Positions 21,601 to 32,788 of a stretch of DNA of 64,000 nucleotides are shown piece after piece. The notes under the pieces are model-generated. The model was not told the origin of the DNA and made no database searches. It saw only the letters and a program-made list of their open reading frames with translations. Positions within the stretch are counted from its first letter, which is position 1. Each line of letters begins with the position of its first letter. The stretch spans positions 21,576,001 through 21,640,000 of the forward strand of contig NC_088807.1 of assembly GCF_011386835.1 (NCBI RefSeq), written 5' to 3'. The position numbers and the translations under genes are program-made. Source of the stretch: Chrysemys picta bellii (Eukaryota).

Positions 21601-24600
21601 AACCCAGCGCCCCTGACTCTCCTCCAGACCCCCCATGGACCCCCCATTTTCCCCTTTCCAATTTCCCGCCCCCACCAAAGTCTTTGGCCCATTGTGGCTG
21701 TGAAACGGGTTTGCCAGCTCCCTGCCTCAGTTTCTCCAATAGCACCATTCATAAATTCAGACACAGATTGAGGTCCCTGTCACACTGGGTGTTGCGTGCG
21801 CACACACACACACACACACCCGTGACTGAGATGTGGGGGGGTCCCCGTCACGCTGCATAGAACCCCCTCTGACTGAGATCTGGGGCGGGGGTCCCTGTCG
21901 TACTGGACGCTGCACAGACCGAGCTGGTCCTGCTTAGGGTCCTGGGGAGTCCCGTTCTCTCTCCCCCCAGCCCCGTCCCCGGGGCGAGCTGACCCCCCCC
22001 CCCACCGCTCTCCGGCGCCCCCGCAGGCCACCCTGAAGAAGTACCAGAGTGAGCACCGGGCCAAGGCGGAGGCCATTGAGAAGTGCCAGGCCGAGCTGAA
22101 GAAACTGCGCAAGAAATGTCAGAACAGCAAGAACCCCCAGAAATACGGGGACCGCGAGGTGCAGGTGAGGGGGAGTGGGGCTGGGGGGGGCATGAGGTGC
22201 AGGGGACGGGGGGGCTGCAGGGGGAGGGTCTCCCGCGGGGTGGGGACTAGGAGGTGCTGGGGAGGGTAAATCTGGTGGGGGGCACTTAATCTGGGAGCAG
22301 GGTCTGGAATAGAGCCGCCCCGAACATGCCCGCACATGAGCCCAACACGCTAAAACACGGGGAAACGCTAACACGCATGGCGCACACGGTGTTCCTGGGT
22401 TGGAATGAGGTAGGCGTGTAATGTACACGCCAATGCGCAGTACATATGTGACAGACACCCACACCCAGGCACATGCGTGAGCACACAGGCACTGGGAAAA
22501 GCCTCTATACCTCCAGGGCTGGCCGACCGGGGGGAGAGGGGGGCAGAAAGGACCCCAGGCCACAACCCCCCGTCTCCTCAGCCCCCCCAAGGGGCCCCTG
22601 GCAGCGAGGGGCAGAGCTTGGGAAAACAATGGGATCGGCCAGGCTCCCGCAGGAGACACCGGGCCGTCACGTCCGGCCGGAAACCGCAGCAGGATGTCAG
22701 CGCCGGAGGCGGGGGGAGGCCGGGGCAGCTTGGGAGCTCCCCCGCCCCACTCCCTGTGGCGCCCCCGGCGGGTAGAGGCGGGCGTTGCTGTCTTGGGAAT
22801 GGTGGCTCGGGGCGCGGGCGGGATCGGGGCCCCGAGGGGCTCGCGGCTCTGAAGGGTTTTAACATTCTTTGGCCAGCTGGTGCCTGGGACCCTAATCTCC
22901 ATAAGGGGCTTTGGATGGATGGATTGGGGGGGGGCGGGGACATACGCTGGGGGGCACCCACATGGGGTGCAGGGGGAGACACAATTGGGGGATGCGGAGT
23001 GGAATAGTTTCTGGCAGGTGTCTCCTGCCCCTCCCCACGTAGTTCTCTGCCCCCCGCCTCTGCTCAAGGGTCTCCCCCCCCCCCCCGCACTGCCTCCCCT
23101 CCCCCCTCATTAGCATGTCAGGCGCCTGCTCCTTCCCCTCCCCCCCGCCCGCTCCCCGCCTTGGCTCTGGAAGGCCCCCCTTTGTCGGCACCCATTGCCT
23201 GGGGAACCATTACTTCGGGGTCACGGCCCCCATTCTACAGGCTGCCAGGGGGAAGGGGGGAAGTGGGGTTGGCAAGGGGTGGTGGTGGTAACCCTTTCCC
23301 CCCCACCAGGGCCTGCTATGGGGAGGGGGGAAGGGGAGTGTGTGGGGGGGTGTTAACCCTTCCCCCGCCAAATCCAATGTGGAATGTCAGGGTCTGATGT
23401 GGGGGTGTTGGGGTCCAATGGGGCGTGTCAGGGTCTGATGTGGGGGGCTATTTGGGGTTTGATATGGGGTGTCAGGCCAATATGGGGGGATTATCTGTGG
23501 TCAGATGCAGGGTTGGTATCTAGGCCCAGCTCTGAAGTGGTGAGGTCTGATATTGGGGTGATTCCCCCCCCCATGCTCTGATGCCCCCTTGGGACTCTTT
23601 CCCCCCCCCCCCCAGTACGTAGAGGTGATGAGTGCCAAGCAGAGCGAGCTGGACCGTTTTGTGGCGGAGGGATACAAGGCTGCTCTGACCGAGGAGCGCC
23701 GGCGGTACTCATTCCTGGTGGATCGCCAGTGCGCTGTGTCCAAGCACTTCAGTGCCTACTATGCCAAGGTGAACTGCCCGCCCCATATCCCTCCATCCCC
23801 TGGGGAGGGGGCACGCACACCCGTATCCCTCTGCCCTGAATCCTTCCACCTGCTGGGGAGGGGGCCACACGCCCCGTATCCTTCCACCCCACATCCCTCC
23901 GTCCCGTAGCCTTCCATCCATTGGGGAAGGGGCTGCAAACCCCATATCCTTCCACCCCATATCCTTACACCCCATATCCCTCCGCCTGCTGGGTAGAGGT
24001 CACGCACTTCCCGTATCCTTCCATCCTGTATCCCTCCGCCCCCACAAAGAGCCCCCTAGTGGGACGTCACCTGCATCCTTCCATCTTGTGGGCCCCACCA
24101 GAGTGGGGGGGTACCTGGTGGGGGGCAGTGCGGATGAGTCCCCAGAGGGCAGCACAGGCCCCATGTTAGGGGGATGTGGGGGAGTGGTGTAGTTCCTATG
24201 GGGCCCTGGTTGGGGGTCGCGCTGTGGACTGGGTGCGGGGGGAGTGGGAGCCCCGTGGAGGGTGGGGGCTCCCCTGGCTGGGCATGTGGCGCAGTCTAGT
24301 GCCCCCCCTCACCCATCTCTGCCCCCTGCCCCGCAGGTGAAGGAGCTGCTGGGGGCCAAGCTGCCCGGCTGGCAGCAGTCCTGCGTCCAGCCCACCCGCC
24401 TGCCTGACCGCGCTCTGGCCCTGGTGAAGCAGACGGCCAACAACCCTGCCGCGCCCGTCATCTCCGACCCGCTGCCCGCCCCCCAGCCCCTGGAGGTGCC
24501 CCCCGAGCTGGCACCCCTGCTGGGGGGCGGCGGGCTGGCCCTCAACCACGTATGTCTCTGCCCACGGGGGATGGAGAGGGGCGCCATTGGCAGAGGGTGG

Positions 24601-27600
24601 GGCCCCTCGGGAAAGACCCGGACTCCTGGGTCCCCTTCCCAACAGGGATGGTGACTTGGGCACTACGGGAGAGGGGTAGGGTCCCCCTGGCACTGACCCG
24701 GACTCCTGGGTCCAGTCCCAAAGGGCAGAGCCCCTGAAACGGCGACTCAGACACCTGGGTCCATTTTCCAAGGGCAGAGCCCCTGGGAGGGTCACCCGGA
24801 CACCTGGGTCCGTTTTCCAAGGGCAGAGCCCCTGGGAGGGTGACCTGGACACCTGGGTCCCCAAACCCAACTGGGAGGGTGACGCTGATCCCCAGTGAGC
24901 AGAGCCCCTCCCCCCGTCTCTCCCTCCGCAGCGCGTCTCACTGCAGGAAGCGACTCCGCTCCCCAACGGCGACTCTCACCGCACCCGGGGCTCCCGTGAC
25001 CTGGGGCACCCGCCCGCCAGCGAGCTCCTCACCGTCCCGCTAGGCCTGCCGGCCCTGCAGCCCGCACCAGCCACGCAGACCCCCCCTCCGCCCAGGGCCA
25101 GCGACGGCTACTCCTGTACCCTGCCCATCCCCCGCAAAGCCTCCGCGGAGACCCGCCTCGCCACGCTCAGTAAGTGCCCGCCGGTGCCCCTCACTCCCGA
25201 CCCGCAGCCCCTGCTAGCCCAGGCTCTGGGCTCCCCCCAGCCCTGCCGGTGCCCCTCACTCCCGACCCGCAGCCCCTGCTAGCCCAGCCCTGGGCTTCCC
25301 CCAGCCCTACCGGTGCCCCTGACTCCCGACCCGCAGCCCCTGCTAGCCCAGCCCTGGGCTCCCCCCAGCCCTACCGGTGCCCCTCACTCCCGACCCGCAG
25401 CCCCTGCTAGCCCAGCCCTGGGCTCCCCCCAGCCCTGCTGGTGCCCCTCACTCCCGACCTGCAGCCCCTGCTAGCCCAGCCCTGGTCTGTGCTGGCCAGC
25501 TCCGACATGTTTACTGCTGGAGCTGAGCCTGGCTGGCTCGTCCCATGTGTGACCCCAGATGGGGGCGTCCCAGCCCTCACTACTTTCCAGCCTCCCTGGC
25601 ACATGGTGCAGGCTCTGTGGGGGATATTTTGGGGGGGAGTGTGACCCCATTCTGGGGGGAAGCTGCCCCCCCACCCCTCCAGGTCTGGGCGACTTGCCCA
25701 GCCTAAGCCAATTAAGAGTCCAGCGCTGAGCGGCTTGTTCCAATTTCGTATCCTGGACTGACCCGGCCGGGGCTGGGACGGGATTGGGGGAGGGGGGGGG
25801 GCTCTGCGAGTTCCTGGCCAGTCACACAGAACCCCCCCCCCCCGAGATCTCCTCTCCCCCCCCAATCCAGCTTTCATCTCTACCGCTGGTTCCCCTCCTC
25901 TGAGCTCCCGCAGGCCCTCTCATGTGTACCCCCGGGACACCCCAAGCCCCCCCCCCGATGCCCTCCTCTAAGATCCCCCCCCACATATCCCCCGTGTGCC
26001 CCTTTCTCAGTCTCTTGGCCCCTCTCCAGGGGCAGGGAGGGGGGGCAATCCCCAGCCTGACTCTCCCTTCTCTTCCCCCACCCCCCAGCAGAGAACAGGA
26101 CCCTGCCGCGGGTCGGGGCGCTGGCCGAGCGGCGCCGGGTCCAGGCCGTGTTCTCCCACGCCGCCGGCGAGAGCAGCACCTTGCTCAACTTCCAGGAGGG
26201 CGACGTCATCGCGCTGCTGGTGGCCGAGGCCCGGGACGGCTGGCACTACGGGGAGAATGAGGCCACGTGCATGTGAGCCCCTCCTGCTTGTGCTAACGAC
26301 TAGCCCCCCCCCTCTCCCACAGCTGGGAGAGAACCCAGGAGTCCTGGCTCCCACCCCCTCTCCTCTCCCCTCCTCTCCTCTCCTCTCCACCCCTTCCACA
26401 GCCGGGGAGAGAACCCAGGAGTCCTGACTCCCGTCCCCCCTCTCCTTTCCTCCCCCAGCAGGGGAGAGAACCCAGGAATCCTGGCTCTCAGCCCCTCCTC
26501 CCCTCCTCTCCCACAGCCAGGGAGAGAACCCAGGAGTCCTGGCTCCCAGCCCTCCTCCCCCACTAGACCCCCCCTCCTCTCTCAGAGCCGGGCATGATGG
26601 ATCCGGGCTCCTGGGTTCCAAGTCCCCGGTCCAGATCTGTGAACTCAGCTGCCCCCTGGGGGGAGGGTCTGTGCGTGTCTCCATCCTGCCTGACCTCTGC
26701 TCCCCCCACCCCCAGGAAAGGCTGGTTCCCCTTCTCGTACACCCGGCCCGTCCCCCCTGCCGAGACCGCCGAGAAACCCCACGGCAGGTGAGCTGGGGGC
26801 TGGGCGTGCCACATGGTGGGAGGGGGGAGGAGGAATAGGGGTGACAGATGGAGGAGGCGGGGCTGGGACTGGGGGAGGCAGGGGGCTGGGAGAGGATGGG
26901 GGGGCCAGGCAGTGGTACTGAGTTGCGGGGAAGGGGTGGGGGAATGGGGCAAGGTAGAGGGAGGGGAGCAGAGCGGGATGGGGGGTGCTGAGCTGGTGGC
27001 AAGATGTGGGGCACAGAGAGGGGGAGATTGGGGCCAGGGTGGGGGGAGTATGGGGGGGCACTGTGTAGCTCCAGGGCCTCGTTTTAACCCCATCTCTCCC
27101 CCCCCACCCCAGTTTTCCCCTGAGCAAACTCAACAGCAGCAGCACGGGGACCCTGGACAAAGTGGGGTGCGTGGCCCCCAGCCCGGAGGGGGGTCACGGG
27201 GGGGCCACCTTGCGCTACGCCCCCTCCCCCCGCTCCAGCACCTTCCGCCAGCGCCCCTATAGCATGATGAACCCCGACCTGTCACAGGTGAGTTGGGGGA
27301 GGAGCTTCCAGGCGAGCGCCTCCCCACTTCTCTGGGCACAGCTCCTCCCCCCACCATCTCTCCTCCTGAGGCCTGGAGCCTGCTGCCCAGCCCTGGGCGC
27401 GCCCCGACCCTCGAGACTCCCCACCCACCCCCCAGCACCCAGCCACGCCTCCAGGGTGCTAGCCCAGCCGGGGGGCCCGTAGCCTCGGGAGCAGTTCCAT
27501 TGCAGTGGCCGGGCACTTCACGTCGATGACCCTCCGTTGGTGGCGCTTTGCCTGCCCACCCCCGGGGTGCCAGGCTGGCCGGGGGCACAGGGGCCAGCAG

Positions 27601-28174
27601 CATGGCACGGAGACAGGGAGCGAATTGGTCGGTTGTCCAGTGCCCCCAAATTACCACCAAGGGGGCCCCACTGAGGAACCCCCCACCCCGTCCTCCTGCA
27701 ATCCCCACCACCAGCTGCCACCTGGGGGCAAGTGTGAGCATTGCAGGGCCAGCCTGGTGATTGCCACGTGCCCCACCCCCTGTGCCCCCCGCCCCATCTC
27801 ACCCTCCGGCTAATGTGATTCTCTCCTTCCTCTTCCCAGTTAGCGAACGAATTTGGGAGCCCCCCGAACTCCTCCCCATCCAGGTGAGAGCAGCGAGGTC
27901 CGCGCCCTGGGGCCCCCACCCCGGGGCTCTAAACCTAGGATTCTCCCCCCTCAATGGCCCTAGTGCCACATTCACCCCCCCCAACCCTCCACCTATCAGG
28001 ATAACCTCCCCCCCGGGCACTAGCACCCAGATTTATGTCCCCCCCCCCCTTCAGCTCCCACTGAGGCTCCATGACCCGTGCCCTCTCTCTCCCCCCCCCA
28101 GGTCTAACCCCTTCGCTCACGTCAGGCTGAAGAGGACGGTGACCAACGACCGCTCGGCCCCGCTGATCCAGTGA
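15680..28174 (+). CDS. BAIAP2/IRSp53-like protein (I-BAR/IMD, partial CRIB, SH3, WH2-like C-terminus), 544 aa, 14 coding exons
   Basis: Exons are 15680-15727, 18686-18761, 19807-19893, 20988-21049, 21436-21507, 22027-22164, 23616-23768, 24337-24549, 24932-25169, 26089-26272, 26716-26787, 27113-27287, 27840-27883 and 28102-28174. All junctions are GT-AG, phases are consistent and the total is 1635 nt. The protein reads MSRSDEVNRLTESVYR-VILDQFNPGLRSFVTMGKSYQRALSGVTVAAKGYFDALVKLGELAS..., with VISDPLP (CRIB-like), SH3 RVQAVFSHAAGESSTLLNFQEGD...GWHYGE...GWFPFSYT, RQRPYS, and SNPFAHVRLKRTVTNDRSAPLIQ*. Confidence 0.95.
17400..17900 (+). repeat. C/T-rich low-complexity repeat (ctgtccatccgtcccccacccct)
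   Basis: Degenerate tandem copies in BAIAP2-like intron 1. Confidence 0.75.
18031..18120 (-). mobile_element. Penelope-like element terminal fragment
   Basis: ggcaccttaaagactaaccgatttatttgggcagaagctttcgtg is the reverse complement of the terminus seen at ~63850-63925. Confidence 0.75.
18150..18550 (+). repeat. ~60-bp repeat (cccgtatacccagcccc...caccccagaggggccatgtcccagc)
   Basis: About six copies; related copies at 40650-40760, 43030-43150, 45760-45820 and 57310-57440. Confidence 0.7.
18850..19505 (-). mobile_element. Solo LTR (656 bp) with TG...CA ends and 5-bp target-site duplication GCCCC
   Basis: Starts tgtcacggagt and ends gcgtctca. GCCCC occurs at both 18845-18849 and 19506-19510. 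Internal AATAAA on the minus strand (19122-19127). It splits a copy of the ~86-bp repeat. Confidence 0.85.
19510..19765 (-). repeat. Three tandem copies of the ~86-bp CTCF-like repeat
   Basis: Unit cctgagccagccagtccctgccctggggccggatgggagccggcgccccctagaggggaaaggcccc...; period 86. Confidence 0.85.
25176..25483 (+). repeat. ~60-bp minisatellite (same family as 12661-14800) abutting the BAIAP2-like exon 9 donor
   Basis: Five copies. Confidence 0.9.
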
Positions 28175-29349
28175 GGCCCCGGGCACCCGCCGATCGCCCC
28201 CTGGGGGAGAGATGCCAGGAGCCCCCCGCTCGGGAAGGACTGGGGAACTGGCGGGGGGCCTCCCCCCTATGCAGCCCGCAGCTCCGTCTAGTGGCTGCTT
28301 TGCAGAAGAGCATCTCAACAGCCGGGCTCGGGCCGTATCACGCAGCGGGAGGGTTCGGGGTTCGAATCCTGCCGGCGATGCCTGGAGTGGGGGGAGCGGG
28401 AATGGAGCTGGGCCCCGGGGAGCCACAGGGTGGGGGAAGGGAGGGGGAGAGGCTGACCCCCGAGATAGAAATGCCTCCTGAGGGCTCTGCTATGGGTTAC
28501 GTGTGTATCTGTCCGTCCCCCCTTGCACCCCTCTGTCATCTCCCTACACACATCCATCCCCTCTGCACTCCTCTGTCTGCCCCCAGGCCCCCCTCTATCC
28601 GTCTGTCCTGTGCACACATCCGTTCCCCTGCCCACCCCTCTACCCATCGGTCCCAGCTCCCCCAGGGGGGCTGCTACGCCCTAGCATTTCACCAGGCCTT
28701 CGGAGGAGCCCGAGGCCCTGCCCTTCCCCCCTGGGCTCCAGCCCCCCTGCTTCCACCTGGGAGCTCTGCCCAGCCGACCCGCCAGAGCCAGCCGCCTGGG
28801 GGAGCCCCTCACCCCCTGCAGGGCCCCCCGGTAGCGCTGCCCGGATGTGGGGAGCCCAGAGGTTCGCCATCCACCACTGCCTCGGGCCATTGTCCCTGCA
28901 GGGTTCCCGGCCGGAGCGTCCCTCCTCAGGGAGGTGAATTGCCCCGCGGCAGGTGGCATGTAACCGGGGGCAGGTGGCTAACAGGAGGCCGGTTTTTAAG
29001 CCCGGCTTCCGTGCCAGGCCAACGGGGTGAAAGTCGAGGGCAGAGCAGAAGGCGTCCAGAGGTGGGTGAAGGCGGGTCGGTGGGGAAGGGAAATCCCTGT
29101 CTCGCCCAGCGGCTGGAATCCGAGGGGACAACCGACGTGTGGCCAAGGGGGTGGGTGGGTCTAGCGTCCTTGAACAAGGCTCTGAAGCAAAGCCGGACGG
29201 GTCCAGGGGGAAGGGGGTGGTTAAAAGACAGGGGACAAAGCGGAAAGGGGCAGTTTTCAGACCGGAGAGCGGTAGATGGGGGGGCCCCTAGGGTCTGGGC
29301 TGGGCAGCGTACTCAGAAAGGCAAACGGGGCGAACGCTGAGCAAACACT

Positions 29350-30020
29350 TGCAGACGAGACAAACTGACTCCGGCTCGTTAAGTCCAAAGCACCCGGCGA
29401 AGTGCCCCCAAAAGATCTCCTCGAACAGGGGCACTGGGCCATGAAACGTGGGGTTGAGAAACATGACACTGGAAACCGTCATCCCAGACGGACCTACGCC
29501 AGGAAGGGATCTAGATGAGCAGGTACCACCCGAGACCGAGATGGCGGAGTCGGGATCGTTCGCTGCAAACGGCAGGTAACAGGAGGTTAGGAACCGTGAG
29601 GAAACGGGGGAAGAATCGGACAGACAACACCCTAGTGCCGCTCTATCAACCCAGGGCGCGCCCACCCCTTGAGTACGGCGGGCGGTTCGGGTCGCCCCAG
29701 CTCCAAACAGAGCTGTTGGCGTTGGGAAAGGTGTGGAGAAGGTCAGAGAAATGATGCGGGGGTGGAACAGCTTCTGCTGAGGAGAGACGAAAAGGACGGA
29801 CACCGTTCAGAGACGGTGAAGGGGGATGTGAGAGAGGGCTGTGAAATCGGGACGGGGATGGAGACGGGGAACGGGGAAGTGCTAGTTACCCCTTCACGTG
29901 AGGTGAGAACCAGGGCTCAGCCGATGAAATGAAAACAAACCGACGGCAGCACCGTCAACCTGAGGAACTCCCTGCCGGGGGATGCTGGGAAGGGCGAAAG
30001 TCGAACGGGGTTCGAGAGTG
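29350..30020 (+). mobile_element. Degraded CR1 RT 3' fragment
   Basis: Remnant translation (e.g. RKRGKNRTDNTLVPLYQPRARPPLEYGGRFGSPQLQTELLALGKVWRR) resembles the CR1 C-terminal IRKGIENKTENIILPLYKSMVRPHLEYCVQFWSPHLKKDILELEKVQRR (from memory). Confidence 0.75.
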
Positions 30021-30494
30021 GGTCCAGCACTGGTGGTCACGGGGGCAACCCAGGCTCTGGGTGTCCCTAAACCTCTGCCTGCCCAAAGCCGAGAGCGGCC
30101 GATGGGGGCGCTCATGCGACAGTCGCCCTGTTCTGTTCATTCTCCATGACGCAGTGGGTCCTGGCCACTGGCGGCGACAAGCCACTGGGCCGGCGGGACC
30201 CTTGGTTGGCCCCAGCGCGACTGTTCTTCCCTGGTCCTCAGGGGCCCGTTGGCTGTGTGGTTCCTCCGTCAATCAGGGTCGCTTCCAGCTGCCCCTTTAA
30301 CACCCTGTTCATCCCACCCCCCGCGGTCCATGGCCCCACCCCCATGGCACCAGCTCTGTCCCGAGAGCAGCTTTGTAACCCTTCAGCCCCCACGGGGGAG
30401 CCGCGCAAATCACAGAGGGAAACTGAGGCAAACATGGGCCTCAAAAATATTACAGCAAATTTCCACTTCCTCATGCCATCCATCAATACGATTT

Positions 30495-31030
30495 TAGGTA
30501 TGCGTCCATCCATCCCTCCACATCCCCTCTATCCATCCATCCAGCCCCCAACCCTTGTATCTATCCATCCATCTTCCCCCCGTACCCCCTCCATCCATCC
30601 CCCAAGCCCTGTATCTATCCATCCATCTTCCCCCCGTACCCCCTCCATCCATCCCCCAAGCCCTGTATCTATCCATCCATCTTCCCCCCCATACCCCCTC
30701 CATCCATCCCCCAAGCCCTGTATCTATCCATCCATCTTCCCCCCGTACCCCCTCTATCCATCCCCCAACCCCTCTGTCTATCTATCTGTTCATCCCCTGC
30801 CCCTCTCTCCATCCATCCATCTTCCCCCACACCACCTGTATATATTTAACCAGCCATCCCCCAACCCCTGTATCTAACTATCCATCCATCCCTTCTTCCA
30901 CACCCCCTCTATCCATCTTACCCCCATCCATCCCCCAACCTCTGTATCTATCCATTCCTTCTTCCACACCCCCCTCTATCCATCCCTCCCAGCACACCCC
31001 GAACAGCTGTCTGTCTGTCCACCACCCATA
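30495..31030 (+). repeat. ~53-bp C/T-rich tandem repeat (tatccatccatcttccccccgtaccccctccatccatcccccaagccctg)
   Basis: Four clear copies plus degenerate flanks. Confidence 0.85.
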
Positions 31031-31435
31031 GCTCTGTCCATTATGTGTCCACCTTTGCTCTATGTCCGGCCCTCTCCTGCTGACACAAGTTGCCTGGGAT
31101 GGGAACAACCCCGGACACCCTGAAAAGTGCCTTGTCTGTCCCCAGCCCCACAGCTGGGCTACCTGCCGGGGGTGCGCTGAACTCTATGACCCCTCTTCTC
31201 TCCCCCACCCCGCCAGACTATGGCTGGAGGACGCTGTATTCAGAACTGCATCAAATAGAACCATGGATGCCCCCCCCAGGGGAGTGCAGCACCCCCTGCT
31301 GGGCACATGGGGGGGGGCAGCACCAGGCTGTGAGCTGGGGGGGGGGGAGGGCTCTGTTACAGCCTTGGTGTGACGGTGGGAATTACACCTAGACTGATAC
31401 TAAACTGTGTGTGTGTGTGTGTGTGTGTGCAGCTG

Positions 31436-32390
31436 TCTGTGGCGCCCCCTGCTGGAGGGGCCGGGCCCTGCGCTCTGTGTGTGTCCCTGGCGCCCCCTGC
31501 TGGAGGGGCCGGGCCCTGCGCTGTGTGTCCCTGGCGCCCCCTGCTGGAGGGGCTGGGCCCTGCGCTCTGTGTGTGTGTCCCTGGCGCCCCCTGCTGGAGG
31601 GGCCGGGCCCTGCGCTGTGTGTGTGTGTCCCTGGCGCCCCCTGCTGGAGGGGCCGGGCCCTGCGCTGTGTGTGTGTCCCTGGCGCCCCCTGCTGGAGGGG
31701 CCGGGCCCCGCGCTCTGTGTGTGTGTCCCCCTGGCGCCCCCTGCTGGAGGGGCCGGGCCCTGCGCTCTGTGTGTGTCCCTGGCGCCCCCTGCTGGAGGGG
31801 CCGTGCCCCGCGCTGTGTGTGTGTCCCTGGCGCCCCCTGCTGGAGGGGCCGGGCCCTGCGCTCTGTGTGTCCCTGGCGCCCCCTGCTGGAGGGGCCGGGC
31901 CCTGCACTGTGTGTGTGTCTCTGGCGCCCCCTGCTGGAGGGGCCGGGCCCTGCGCTGTGTGTGTCCCCCTGGCGCCCCCTGCTGGAGGGGCCGGGCCCTG
32001 CGCTGTGTGTGTCCCCCTGGCGCCCCCTGCTGGAGGGGCCGGGCCCTGCGCTGTGTGTGTCCCCCTGGCGCCCCCTGCTGGAGGGGCCGGGCCCTGCGCT
32101 GTGTGTGTCCCCCTGGCGCCCCCTGCTGGAGGGGCCGGGCCCTGCGCTCTGTGTGTGTGTCCCTGGCGCCCCCTGCTGGAGGGGCCGGGCCCTGCGCTCT
32201 GTGTGTGTCCCTGGCGCCCCCTGCTGGAGGAGCCGGGCCCTGTCCTCTGTGTGTGTCCCTGGCGCCCCCTGCTGGAGGGGCCGGGCCCTGCGCTGTGTGT
32301 GTGTGTCCCTGGCACCCCCTGCTGGAGGGGCCGGGCCCTGCGTTCTGTATATGTCCCTGGCGCCCCCTGCTGGAGGGACGGGCCCTGCGT
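31436..32390 (-). repeat. Minisatellite of 20 x ~48 bp, each unit containing a CTCF-consensus motif CCAGCAGGGGGCGCC and a variable (GT)n spacer
   Basis: Motif starts (ggcgccccctgctgg on +) counted at about 31441, 31489, 31533, 31583, 31633, 31681, 31733, 31781, 31829, 31875, 31923, 31971, 32019, 32067, 32115, 32165, 32213, 32261, 32311 (variant ggcac) and 32359. Confidence 0.95.
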
Positions 32391-32463
32391 TCTGGGTGGG
32401 TACAGGGGGTGATGGGGCAAGCCCTTCTGTAGCTTGGACAATGCTGCCTCTGACCCCAATATT

Positions 32464-32469
32464 AATAAA
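32464..32469 (+). terminator. Candidate poly(A) signal AATAAA of the BAIAP2-like gene
   Basis: First AATAAA/ATTAAA I could find on the + strand after the stop at 28174. Confidence 0.45.
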
Positions 32470-32765
32470 GTTTAATTTAAATCCCTCCCTGAGGCCTCAC
32501 TGAATACGGGGGGAGCCTGTCTCGTCCCTTCTACCCGCTCTGTTTGTCGCTGCATGCATCCTTCCAGCCATCCCCCCCATGTACCCCACACCTCCCCCCA
32601 CGTACCCGCTCCATCCCGCTAGCCCATACAACACAGCACTCGACCCCTCCATCTGTCGCCCCACATCCTCCCCCCTCACACACCTCGCTCCCCCAAACCC
32701 CACCGCCATCCATGTGTCCAGCCTCCCCCATGACTCGCTGGCTCGCGGGTAGAAGACACTTGCGT

Positions 32766-32788
32766 TTTAATATTCACTCTTTTTTAAT
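32766..32788 (-). terminator. Candidate LMTK3 poly(A) signals (two ATTAAA)
   Basis: tttaat at 32766-32771 and 32783-32788 on +, in an AT-rich patch ~1.5 kb after the LMTK3 stop. Confidence 0.45.

Noticed and set aside
28359-28369. Perfect Pol III B-box GGTTCGAATCC in the BAIAP2-like 3' region
   Set aside because: The T-stem pairs poorly and no A-box or cloverleaf can be built; not callable as tRNA or SINE.
31370-32503. Several 330-380-aa Cys/Pro-rich ORFs on both strands and a CRISPR-like repeat/spacer appearance
   Set aside because: The ORFs are translations of the 48-bp minisatellite. The spacers are (GT)n variants rather than unique sequences, there are no cas genes, and the DNA is vertebrate.
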